Positions 9,494 through 18,581 of a DNA stretch of 64,000 nt are shown in pieces; the first letter of the stretch is position 1; each line of letters starts with the position of its first letter. Source of the stretch: Nitrosopumilus sp. (GTDB lineage: Archaea; Thermoproteota; Nitrososphaeria; Nitrososphaerales; Nitrosopumilaceae); the NCBI GenBank assembly GCA_965197525.1, contig OZ240211.1, positions 1,248,001 through 1,312,000 on the forward strand, read 5' to 3'. The notes beneath the pieces were generated by a model. That model was not told the origin of the DNA. It saw only the letters and a program-made list of their open reading frames with translations, and ran no database searches. Both the position numbers and the translations under genes were made by a program.

Positions 9494-10744
9494 GTGTTGA
9501 AGATAGGCGAATTTATCTATCCATGGGGCGGCGGTCATTATTCACGGATGATGAGATTAGATGAGATGTTAAGAAAACATCTAAAAGAAGAGGTGGAGAT
9601 TCATTACTCTAGCAAAGATCATGTGTATGAGAAACTCTTGAAAAGATTTCCCGATAAAAAGGATAGGATACACGAGATCTTGATGCCGACACCAATTGAT
9701 GGCAAACTAGGACCGAGTGTGTCAATGTCGCTTTTAAATGTATTATTACCAGTATCAGATAACCGACCACTTGTTAAACAGATTGCAAGTTATTTAAAAG
9801 AAGAGAGGCGATTGTACAATAAAGAAAAATTTGATCTTGTTATCAATGACGGAGACATGGGATCAAATATTCTAGCGAAGAATCGGGATATTCCAAGCTT
9901 GTTTGTGACAAACCAGTTTAAACCAAGATTGTACAGTTCAAGAGCATATCTCTATCCATCATTGATTTTTATTGCAAAACAGATTGCAAAAGCATCAAAA
10001 ATTCTTGTTGCTGATTCTCCGCCGCCATATACAATGTGCGAGTATAATCTTAATTTTACAAAAGAGGTACAAGAGAAGATAACGTATGTTGGACACTTTA
10101 CAAGTAATGGTAAAAAAAACAAAAATAAGAAACAGGCAGAAACCGAGACGGATCTTCAGAGATTGGTAAGAGACAAAGAGTTTGGATATTGGATGAGAAC
10201 AGGCAACAAATCAACTAATGATGGAACAGGCAAGAGATACGAGGAAGCGTTTCATACAGACGAGATGGCACATGAGAGGAGAATAGTATCGCACGCAAGA
10301 GACGATCCAAGTATTGATTCGGTACTAGGAATGGACAAAAAGAGATATTCAATAGCAGACGCATATGATAAAAAAATTGACTGGCTGCAGATTGATGTTG
10401 GATTTTTGTCAGAGGAAGAAAAAGACACTGTTCTAACATTGTGCCAATATGCAGTTGTAAACGGGTCGCATACGGTGATGGGTGAGATTATGGGCGGAAA
10501 ATCTAAACCAATAATTGGAATTCCGATATATGATGAGCATACAAACAATATCAGATGGGCGCAAGACAAGAATTTAGGAATACTGGCAGTAAATATAGAC
10601 AGAGTAGTCTCAGGAATTGCAACAATTAAGAAAAACTATGAAACATTTGAAGAAAGTTTGAGTAAATTCTCAAAGAATTTTATTCCGGATGGGGCAGAAA
10701 ACGCCGCAAGAATTGCAATAGCAACCATACAAGAAAAGAGATAA
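9494..10744 (+). CDS. GT-B glycosyltransferase (GT28/MurG-like)
   Basis: WGGGHYSR, LVINDGD, GSHTVMGE, PIYDEHTNN motifs. Confidence 0.8.
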   Translation: MLKIGEFIYPWGGGHYSRMMRLDEMLRKHLKEEVEIHYSSKDHVYEKLLKRFPDKKDRIHEILMPTPIDGKLGPSVSMSLLNVLLPVSDNRPLVKQIASYLKEERRLYNKEKFDLVINDGDMGSNILAKNRDIPSLFVTNQFKPRLYSSRAYLYPSLIFIAKQIAKASKILVADSPPPYTMCEYNLNFTKEVQEKITYVGHFTSNGKKNKNKKQAETETDLQRLVRDKEFGYWMRTGNKSTNDGTGKRYEEAFHTDEMAHERRIVSHARDDPSIDSVLGMDKKRYSIADAYDKKIDWLQIDVGFLSEEEKDTVLTLCQYAVVNGSHTVMGEIMGGKSKPIIGIPIYDEHTNNIRWAQDKNLGILAVNIDRVVSGIATIKKNYETFEESLSKFSKNFIPDGAENAARIAIATIQEKR

Positions 10745-10898
10745 TAGATTATTTTGGTGATCGTCTTTGTCTGGCACGCAGGATATCGATGGGCGAACTG
10801 ACTGCAAAGAATGATGAAAAAATCTGCGTGCCGGATAAATATAGACAAGGTTTTAGGCGTGCGAACGCTTTTAAAGAAAAAATTAAGTCAGATAATTA

Positions 10899-11207
10899 GT
10901 GCCTAACTGTCCAGAATGTACATCACGAGAAAAGAAGAAGATTCAAGCAAAATACGAAACAGAGACCTTGGAAGAAGATAGGGGTCGGGAAAATCTGTTC
11001 AAGTTGTTTGATGAGATTGATATTCCAATGAAGATGGATTCAGCTACTAAACATTTTATCTGTAAGAGATGCGGACTGTATGCAACAAGAGAGCAGGTAT
11101 CAGATATCAGATACAAGTTAAATCAAAAAGAGAAGACGCGTGATGACAAACATGATGACTATCTGAACTGGTGGCAGAAAAGCAAGAAAGAGAAGTCAGA
11201 AGAGTAG
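10899..11207 (+). CDS. Conserved Zn-binding hypothetical protein
   Basis: CPEC and CKRC pairs; TTTTAAAG box 30 nt upstream of the GTG. Confidence 0.75.
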   Translation: MPNCPECTSREKKKIQAKYETETLEEDRGRENLFKLFDEIDIPMKMDSATKHFICKRCGLYATREQVSDIRYKLNQKEKTRDDKHDDYLNWWQKSKKEKSEE

Positions 11208-11220
11208 GAAGAGATTAGAC

Positions 11221-11625
11221 ATGGTGAAGAAGAAGAGCGATATTCCTGATTGGGTTTCTGATGAGATTCAAAATGCAAAATTTCAAAAACCAAAGGAGAT
11301 GAAAAAGTCGGGATATATTTTAGAGCTGTATAATGATGATAACAAAATTGATGTCCAGCTGTATGACGGTGTCGAAGACGGACGGCATATAGTTACAATG
11401 GATTTGACAGAATCAATAAAGATCGACGAGTTGGAGAGGGGAGTAGTCTATGAATTTACATTTGATCAGCACAAGGCCCCGCTAAGTAAAAAAGTATCAG
11501 AGTTCTTGGCAAAAGAAAAAGAGATAGAGATGGACGCGATTTATCAGTTTGAATTAAAATCACTTGAATTGTTGGATGTAGAAGCTGATGGCGATAATGC
11601 ATCTGACGGTAATGATGACGAGTAA
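11221..11625 (+). CDS. Conserved hypothetical acidic protein
   Basis: Long open frame with host-like codon use, same strand as the upstream gene. Confidence 0.7.
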   Translation: MVKKKSDIPDWVSDEIQNAKFQKPKEMKKSGYILELYNDDNKIDVQLYDGVEDGRHIVTMDLTESIKIDELERGVVYEFTFDQHKAPLSKKVSEFLAKEKEIEMDAIYQFELKSLELLDVEADGDNASDGNDDE

Positions 11626-11627
11626 GA

Positions 11628-12431
11628 CTAGTCTTCTTTGTTAGAGTTTTTCAATTGCTTGCCAAAAGATGCACCCAAGATGGGATTAATGAGATACGGA
11701 AATGTGTGTTTTAACCATACAGCGGCCCTGACAACGGATGGGACTATGATCTCAAGTCTTGGTGAACCAGCGGCCCGGATGATTGCTTTGGCTACAGTTC
11801 TAGAACTAAGAGATGTAGGAGAATATTTTGGCATCTTTGCAAACGAGGGATGTTCAAAAAAATTTGTTCGAACCATTATTGGGCTAACGACTGTAATCCC
11901 AACTTTAGTTCCCTTTAATTCGTGTTTGAGGCCTTCTGAGAACCCCAGCATTGCAAACTTTGATGCACAATAAGAAGCAATACCAGGTAATCCAAAGCTT
12001 GCTGCAACTGACGCAACGTTAACTATGTGACCTGAATCTCTTTTGAGCATGAATGGAAGAATATTCTTGGTACAGTATACCATTCCAAAATAATTCGTAT
12101 CCATCTGTGATTCTATCTCATCAATGGTAAGATCAGATATAGAACCGTATATTGCAAAACCTGCATTATTTACCAAAACATCAACAGAGTCAAATTTCTC
12201 AAATACTGTATCTGTCATTGCTTTTACTTGATCACGTTTCGAGACATCACACGGACATGCCAGCACAGTTACACCAAATTTTGATAGTTCTTTTGCAAGT
12301 AGATTTAGTTTATCCTCTCCCCGCGCCACAAGAACAAGATTACTTCCTTGCTTTGCGAATTCGACTGCGGTCTCTTTGCCGATTCCAGAGGATGCACCAG
12401 TAATCAGGACTAGCTTGTCTTTAAAATCCAT
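11628..12431 (-). CDS. Short-chain dehydrogenase/reductase
   Basis: ITGASSGIG, NNAG, YCASK. Start adjusted to ATG 12431 (MDFKDKLVLI). Confidence 0.92.
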   Translation of the reverse strand: MDFKDKLVLITGASSGIGKETAVEFAKQGSNLVLVARGEDKLNLLAKELSKFGVTVLACPCDVSKRDQVKAMTDTVFEKFDSVDVLVNNAGFAIYGSISDLTIDEIESQMDTNYFGMVYCTKNILPFMLKRDSGHIVNVASVAASFGLPGIASYCASKFAMLGFSEGLKHELKGTKVGITVVSPIMVRTNFFEHPSFAKMPKYSPTSLSSRTVAKAIIRAAGSPRLEIIVPSVVRAAVWLKHTFPYLINPILGASFGKQLKNSNKED

Positions 12432-12500
12432 ACAACTGAGGAATAGTTTTTGTGATAAAGCAGTTTCGCTAGATAGATGCTTGTTTTTGTATAAAATAAC

Positions 12501-12547
12501 TATGCTGTTCAATATTTGGGACTTTTCAACTGCCTGTTAAGTTAGGG
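12501..12547 (+). repeat. 47-bp transposon/MITE-like terminal repeat, copy A (uninterrupted)
   Basis: tatgctgttcaatatttgggacttttcaactgcctgttaagttaggg; 38/47 identical to reconstituted copy B; a further sub-repeat (tcaagttaggg) follows at ~12556-12566. Confidence 0.75.
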
Positions 12548-12615
12548 TTTTTTTATCAAGTTAGGGATTTTTATGCTGTTCAATCTCAGGCGTTTTTCAA
12601 TTACCTGTTAAGTTA

Positions 12616-12854
12616 TCTATGTGCGCTCTTTTTAAAGGTTTTCTGAGTTTGTACGTGTTTGAGTACAGCATCAGCTAGGAACAAGGTTTCACTTAGAAGA
12701 TGGTCGGATACATATCTATACGAGCTCTGTCACTCAGCACCATTCTTCATCCATTCATTAGGGTTAATCGCAGTTAGAATCCGAGCATGAAAACTCACAC
12801 TTAACATCGCGCAAATCCCTAACCATAATCTCCTGACATTCAGTCATATGCAAT
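12616..12854 (-). ncRNA. Putative bridge/seek RNA of the IS1111-type element
   Basis: Non-coding 3' end with two predicted stem-loops (TTAGGG/CCCTAA; GAAGA-TGGT/ACCA-TCTTC) whose loops contain target- and donor-matching segments. Folded by eye; boundaries approximate. Confidence 0.65.
12629..12636 (-). promoter_or_regulatory. Outward-facing TATA box in the IS right end (candidate circle-junction promoter)
   Basis: Minus strand agaaaacc-TTTAAAAA; in the circular form its first T is 30 nt upstream of GTG 14177. Confidence 0.5.
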
Positions 12855-14177
12855 TCATTTTTTTGCAAGTTGTTTCACACTCTTTACACTTTTCTTACTC
12901 TTTACACTTTTCTTATCCTTTATATTCTTCAAATGCTTTGCTCTTGCATTTCTACATGATTCTGTACGTTGTCTTTGGCATTCTGCAAAGGTAATTCGTT
13001 TTTTTAGCATCCAAAATATAATACGCAACATCTTAGCCGCCGTTGCAACGATGGCCTTGGCTGTTCCTCGCTTTCTTGCAACACGTTTGTAAAACTCTGT
13101 CAAGACAGTCGTCTCTTTTGCATGTATCCTGTGTGCAAGTGCAGCCTCTGTGAGAACCCATCGCACAGTAGCGTTACCGGCATGTGTTATCCTTCCATGA
13201 TGTGTTATTCCTGCAGAGTTTCTCACTGATGGAGCCAATCCAATGTATGATACTAGCTTGTCAGGATCCTCGAATCTGCTGATATCATCTATCTCTGATG
13301 CGATGGCAAGTGCTGTAAACTTGCCTACTCCGGGTATTGACATGAGAATTTGTACATATTCGTTGTTTCGTACCATGTCATGTATCTTAAGATTGGCTCT
13401 GCCTATGCGCTCATCAAAGGATTTTATGCATTCCAAATACTCTTCTATCCTCCAATCCTTCAGTCTGCGCAACTCTCTGTTAAATGCAGGTGTAAATGTG
13501 GGTCCTGGAATCTTGATTGACTCTTGGAGCAGTATGCCATGGATCATGTTCTTTATCTGAGTTCTGTTCTGCACCATTCTTGTGCGAAAGCGCACCACCC
13601 GTTTCTCCTCGACGGTTTTTGGAGGCGAGACATATGATGCATGGATGTAACCTCCTCTGAGCAGGTCTGCTAGTGCATGCGCATCAAACCTGTCAGTCTT
13701 CTTTTTGGATTTTGCTATGAGGCGTGTACGATAGGGATTTGACAGGGTCACATCCAGTCCCAGATCCACTGCAAGTTTTTTGTATATACCATACCACACA
13801 GATGACGATTCCAATACATATTTGGCATTTTTTGGAAATGCTGAAAACTCGTACTCAATTATCTTAAAGTCATTTTCAATCCTCTCGTTCATCAAAAGAT
13901 TTCCATTCTGATCTACTGCCGCAACCTGAAGAAATTTTTTGTGCAGATCCAACCCAAAGAACACTTTTTGTTCTTCTTTTGTTTTTTTGATTCTTGTAGT
14001 GGAAGATCTTGTTGCAGCCATCACCTGCACGCCCGATCTCTGTTTCATAACAGTATTATTTTTGAGGGTAATCTGTTTCTTGGCATTTCCTGCCTTTTTT
14101 ACCTTCTTTGCACTAAGTATCTTGGAATCTGCGGGTTTATGCTTTGTACCATCTAAATTTCTTTGTCTGTTTCGCAC
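12855..14177 (-). CDS. IS110-family DEDD recombinase/transposase
   Basis: FFGLDLHKK (D), VLESS (E), KKTDRFDAHALA (D,D), SIPGVGKFTA, SYIGLAPSVRNSAG (catalytic Ser loop), GNATVRWVL. Start is GTG 14177 or ATG 14048/14021. Confidence 0.95.
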   Translation of the reverse strand: MRNRQRNLDGTKHKPADSKILSAKKVKKAGNAKKQITLKNNTVMKQRSGVQVMAATRSSTTRIKKTKEEQKVFFGLDLHKKFLQVAAVDQNGNLLMNERIENDFKIIEYEFSAFPKNAKYVLESSSVWYGIYKKLAVDLGLDVTLSNPYRTRLIAKSKKKTDRFDAHALADLLRGGYIHASYVSPPKTVEEKRVVRFRTRMVQNRTQIKNMIHGILLQESIKIPGPTFTPAFNRELRRLKDWRIEEYLECIKSFDERIGRANLKIHDMVRNNEYVQILMSIPGVGKFTALAIASEIDDISRFEDPDKLVSYIGLAPSVRNSAGITHHGRITHAGNATVRWVLTEAALAHRIHAKETTVLTEFYKRVARKRGTAKAIVATAAKMLRIIFWMLKKRITFAECQRQRTESCRNARAKHLKNIKDKKSVKSKKSVKSVKQLAKK

Positions 14178-14345
14178 ATATGGTTAGGTATTTTTCAATG
14201 AATATTAATTTTAGTGGTTACAGTCTTGTAAACTTGAACATTCTTGAATGTTTGCAAATCTGTAACAACTTAAACACAAAACCAACCTAATTTAACAGCT
14301 AGTTGAAAACAACTAAAGATTTAACAGTGTAGAAAATCATACTAC

Positions 14346-14364
14346 TGTGGTGATATCTACCACA
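14346..14364. promoter_or_regulatory. Inverted repeat TGTGGT-N7-ACCACA, possible regulator site or hairpin
   Basis: Perfect 6-bp arms in the intergenic region upstream of the protease gene. Confidence 0.3.
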
Positions 14365-14676
14365 CATATCCAACTCAATAACAAGTACATATACATACGT
14401 TCTTTTTAATATTGGGCGAAGATGTCGAAAACAAAAGATCTAAGATTTGCTCAAAATGAAATCTTGTTTGGAATTCGCATGTGAACGTATATTGAATTTA
14501 ATAGATTGTTACAGGATTTGAACGAAAGAATGTTTGATTAAAAAATTGAAAGTGGGTTAATACTCAACTATGCATGTTTATAATGAATTGTTCAATCTGC
14601 ATTGACTGTCAAACTGGATTGAGCATCAATTTGGATTGACTGTTTGTTTAACTACATAACTCTGAACAGAATAGTA

Positions 14677-15814
14677 ATGACGAGCAAATACATTATTTCT
14701 GGAGCTGCATTGCTTGCAGTAGTCGTACCGGCTTCTGCCATCAACACTGCGTTTGCAACATCAGAACTAACTGACGCCGAACTACAAGACATGCTGGGAA
14801 ATGAAATACATGAGCTTGAGTGGATCAACGAAAACCTGTCCAAACTAGATCCCAATGACGAGGTAACTGCGCTGATCGAAGCCAACAACAACAGGATTGA
14901 GGATCTCTGAAAAATACTATGCACTTGCACCAAAGAAAGAGCTTGCAGATATTAGTGACGAGAAAAAAATTGAGATTGAGATACTGATGTGGAAGATGGC
15001 AGCAACAAACCATCTGTTCCTATCTATGGGACTCGATCCATACACGGGGGAGCTGGATATACTTCTGGATGTTTTAAAGGCACCCAATATAGATGAAATA
15101 AATGAGGAACTTCGGATTATCGCTGGTGATACAGTCCAGATTAACGTTGTTTATGGACAGAACAATGCCAGATTCCAAGGTTCCTGCAACAGCCAGACCG
15201 GATACTGTCCCACGATAATCGGGGCTTCCAAGGGTGAACCTGACAACGTAGACGATATTGACTGTACAATCAATATCGTAGCCACAAAAGGATCCGGGTC
15301 TTCTCAAGTGAATGGTGTTGTGATTCCACACCACTGCAATATCAATCACGACGACTATTACCAGTACAGCAAGGGATCCTCCTCACATCTTGTGGGATCA
15401 CACAACACGGACGGTGGGTGGTGGTGCGACTGTGACTTTGTCGAGATCGACACAAGATCGTCAAGCACCGGTAAAGTCAATGACGCTGGAAGCGACATAT
15501 CAGTAAGTTATGGAGATCTGTCAGTGGATGACTCTGTGTACATGATTGGACAGCATTCAGGCAAAGATTATGGGATAATTGCAAAGACGAACCAATGGGT
15601 ATGGATCAATGGCAACGGGTATACAGATGTATACTTTGTTAAAAATATTGATTTCTCCACTGGAGACAGCGGTGCACCCATCATCAGGGATTCGGATGAA
15701 ATGTACGGCGGAATGAACATAGGAGTCGGAACAGAACACATTGACGGTCAGTCTATCACTGTCAACTATGTGCACGACTGGACGTTCCTCAAGCACAAAT
15801 TGGGTCTTAACTAA
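14677..15814 (+). pseudogene. Secreted chymotrypsin-like (S1/PA clan) serine protease split by a frameshift at ~14905
   Basis: ORF1 carries a signal peptide and ends NNRIEDL*; ORF2 continues SEKYYALAP and has VIPHHC, DCDFV, GDSGAP. Adding CT at gatctctgaa fuses them. Confidence 0.75.
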
Positions 15815-16354
15815 CCCTTTTTTTCTTTTTTTCCAGTAACAATATGGCCAAGCCAATTATTACTACAATATACGGAATAGATGATATTGGAATGATCGCC
15901 TCAGTTGCATTCCCGCCTCCCTGAAACTGTCTAGGGGAGAATACCCAATGTGCAGTAATGGCCCCAACCCCGATGGCGACGAATTTTACGGTGCTTTTTA
16001 AAACTCTTGCAGTCATCCCAGTCCTGACAGTTTGGTGTGACTTGCTGGGAAATACTACCATACCAGGTACAACTCTGAAAAAACGATGCTCATTTCCATT
16101 CCGCATGATTTTTTTTTTTGCGTAATCTCAAGCATATCTATTGATTCCATCTTGTTTATGTGATGGATTACCAAGCTTACCCTGAGACCCAGTGTATTTG
16201 ATATCTCGTTTATGTAGCTCTCCCTCTCGATCAGCATCCTTATGATGTCTCTGCTTGACTTATTGCTCAGTAACTCTCCAAGTATTTTCAGTTTGTCATC
16301 GTCAGACGAAAAGACCTTGATTTTTTCACTTTCGATTTTTTCATCTTCTCCCAT
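15807..16354 (-). pseudogene. ArsR-like winged-helix regulator with C-terminal membrane helices, frameshifted in an A11 tract
   Basis: KLKILGELLSNKSSRDII...INEIS..LGLRVSLVIHHI.KM; T11 run at 16109-16119; A9 or A12 joins to IMRNGNEHRFFRV plus two TM segments. Confidence 0.75.
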
Positions 16355-16465
16355 TTGATTAGGAGTGTAGCGTGGCAATATAATAATTCAAGCATTAGGT
16401 TTGTTCTAGTATGAGCTTTTGCATTTGTCAAGTTGTCTAGAATAATCAATTTATCAACTCCTGAG

Positions 16466-16600
16466 TCAATCCATCATCTATTTTCTGATCGGCCTTGAGT
16501 TGATTACCAACCTGTTCTTCGCAACCCTGATCTATCAGTCAAGCTGATCTCCTACTTTCAGGTCATAGTCACTATGCTCTGCAGGCTACTGTATCACTAC
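16466..16600 (-). pseudogene. Remnant of an AbrB/MazE/SpoVT-type DNA-binding protein
   Basis: Minus frame reads PAEHSDYDLKVGDQLD**IRVAKNRLVINSRPIRK*, resembling the LxxGDxLxW swapped-hairpin motif with in-frame stops. Confidence 0.4.
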
Positions 16601-16857
16601 AAATTGCCAATATTGTGAATTAAACAGATGATAGAACTTTTTTGTATAAATTATGTCAAATTGATAGTTTTTTTTTTTGTTACATCAGTATGACAAAGAC
16701 AAGCAGTCATTCAGGCATGTAAAATCACAGCAAAAATTTTAGAATAATTTAACTACAGATTTGTATTTGATTCGAACCTATGGATCTATATAGTACAAAT
16801 GATTGACTATGTTATACCGTTATTATAGGCATATAATTCTAAAATAATGACAGAATA

Positions 16858-18456
16858 ATGAGGACAAAAATAACATCGCTGCTGATAATGGCAACTCTTA
16901 TTGCCTTTGCACCATCATCAAATGCATATGCAGATTTCACACCAGATCCGCCAAAACCAGATCAAGAATTTAATTTAATTGGGGCTGGAGCAACGTTTCC
17001 GTTCCCTCTAATTGATTTATGGAGAGTTGAATACAAAAATGTATACGACAATGTAAATCTAAACTATCAGTCAATTGGAAGTGGCGGCGGTATCAAACAG
17101 CATATTGAAAGAACTGTAAACTTTGCAGCATCAGATAAACCGATGAGTGAATCAGAACGAGAATTGGTTCCAGGCACACTACACATCCCCGAATCAATTG
17201 GCGGAGTAGTGTTAGTGTACAACATTCCAGAAGTTCCTGACAGAGGACTCAAACTAACAGCGGATGCTATTGCAAGTATGTTCTTAGGGGATATTACAAG
17301 ATGGGACGATCCTGTAATAGCTGCAGAAAATCCGGGATTGAATCTTCCAGATAAGGAGATCGTCACAGCACATAGATCAGATGGTTCTGGGACAACGTTC
17401 ATCTTTACTGACTATCTAAGTGTCGTCAGTCCAACATGGGATGAACAGATAGGTAAAGGAAAATCGGTACCATGGCCTTCAGGTCTTGCTGCTGCAGGAA
17501 ATGAAGGTGTTGCGGGAATTATAAAATCTACAGAATACGCAATTGGATATGTTGAACTAGCTTATGCGTTCCAAACTGGAATGACTTATGCATCAGTGCA
17601 GAATGCTGAGAAAAGTGCATTTATCGAGCCTACATTAGACAGTATCTCTGCAGCATCAAGTGGTGTATCTGATAGTTTGCCTGCCGCAGAGGAGAGTTGG
17701 GTTGATGTATCACTTATCAATGCACCCGGAGCTGAATCCTATCCCATTGCTAGTTTTACATATCTACTTGTGTACGACGATCTAGAACCGGTAACCAGAG
17801 ATAGAGAACAGGCAAAAGCTGTAATCCACTTGATCAATTGGATGATCACTGATGGTCAGAGATATTCACCAAGTCTATTGTATGTTCCATTAACAGACAG
17901 TATTATAAAATTGGGCCAAGATGGACTATCCACAATAACCTATGGAGGTGAGCCATTGATAGGAGCAGAATCATCATCAAATGATTCAGAGATGATGATG
18001 GAGAAAGACGACGAGAGCGATACAGGAACACCACAAACACCTAAAGAATCAGACGGTGATTCTGCTGATAATAGTGGCGGCTGTCTAATAGCTACTGCTA
18101 CGTTTGGTTCTGAACTAGCACCACAAGTTCAACAATTACGAGAGATACGTGATAATCAACTGATGAGTACAAATTCGGGCATAATGTTCATGTCTGGATT
18201 TAACCAGCTATACTACGCATTCTCACCAACAGTTGCTGACATAGAAAGAGAGAATCCGATAGTCAAAGAGACTGTAAAGATTGCAATCACTCCATTACTG
18301 TCTTCATTAGTAATAATGGAGAATGCCCAAACCGAATCTGAAGTTTTGGGATATGGAATAAGTGTAATCCTAATGAATGTTGGATTGTATCTAGCAGCAC
18401 CGGCCGTGTTACTCTATGGAATAGGTAAGACAATAAAGAAGAGAAGCGACTCTTAA
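16858..18456 (+). CDS. pstS: Phosphate ABC transporter substrate-binding protein with CFI-box-CTERM-type tail
   Basis: GAGATFP, YQSIGSGGG, HRSDGSGTT, GNEGVA; C-terminal GGCLIATATFGSELAPQVQQLREIRD plus TM. Confidence 0.95.
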   Translation: MRTKITSLLIMATLIAFAPSSNAYADFTPDPPKPDQEFNLIGAGATFPFPLIDLWRVEYKNVYDNVNLNYQSIGSGGGIKQHIERTVNFAASDKPMSESERELVPGTLHIPESIGGVVLVYNIPEVPDRGLKLTADAIASMFLGDITRWDDPVIAAENPGLNLPDKEIVTAHRSDGSGTTFIFTDYLSVVSPTWDEQIGKGKSVPWPSGLAAAGNEGVAGIIKSTEYAIGYVELAYAFQTGMTYASVQNAEKSAFIEPTLDSISAASSGVSDSLPAAEESWVDVSLINAPGAESYPIASFTYLLVYDDLEPVTRDREQAKAVIHLINWMITDGQRYSPSLLYVPLTDSIIKLGQDGLSTITYGGEPLIGAESSSNDSEMMMEKDDESDTGTPQTPKESDGDSADNSGGCLIATATFGSELAPQVQQLREIRDNQLMSTNSGIMFMSGFNQLYYAFSPTVADIERENPIVKETVKIAITPLLSSLVIMENAQTESEVLGYGISVILMNVGLYLAAPAVLLYGIGKTIKKRSDS

Positions 18457-18581
18457 AATCTCATAATTTTTTATTTTTATTTCATATCATCAAACGGCTA
18501 TGATGAATCTATATAGTACTATGATATGTTTATAGAACATAATGATCTATTAGATAACCCCACTTGCACCCGTGAAGACTA

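Larger units (their letters stand above)
12612..14186 (-). mobile_element. IS110-family element, IS1111-type (sub-terminal IRs, long 3' non-coding end)
   Basis: Core GTTA duplicated at 12612-12615 and 14183-14186; IR TATGTGCG at 12618-12625 and CGCACATA at 14173-14180, each 2 nt inside the core; removing the element restores cctgttaagttagg as in copy A. Confidence 0.88.
12572..14331. mobile_element. MITE-like element (~189 bp when empty) with 47-bp terminal inverted repeats; left TIR interrupted by the IS110-family element
   Basis: Left TIR = 12572-12615 + 14187-14189. Right TIR = 14285-14331 (acctaatttaacagctagttgaaaacaactaaagatttaacagtgta), 35/47 identical to the reverse complement of copy A. 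Both ends begin/finish with TA. Confidence 0.65.

Noticed and set aside
12501-12615. Repeats interpreted as replication-origin ORB boxes or casposon ends
   Set aside because: No ORB G-string consensus and no cdc6, cas1-solo or polB nearby; the inverted partner at 14285-14331 fits element ends better.
13243-14187. Plus-strand ORFs inside the transposase
   Set aside because: Antisense shadows of the IS110 gene.
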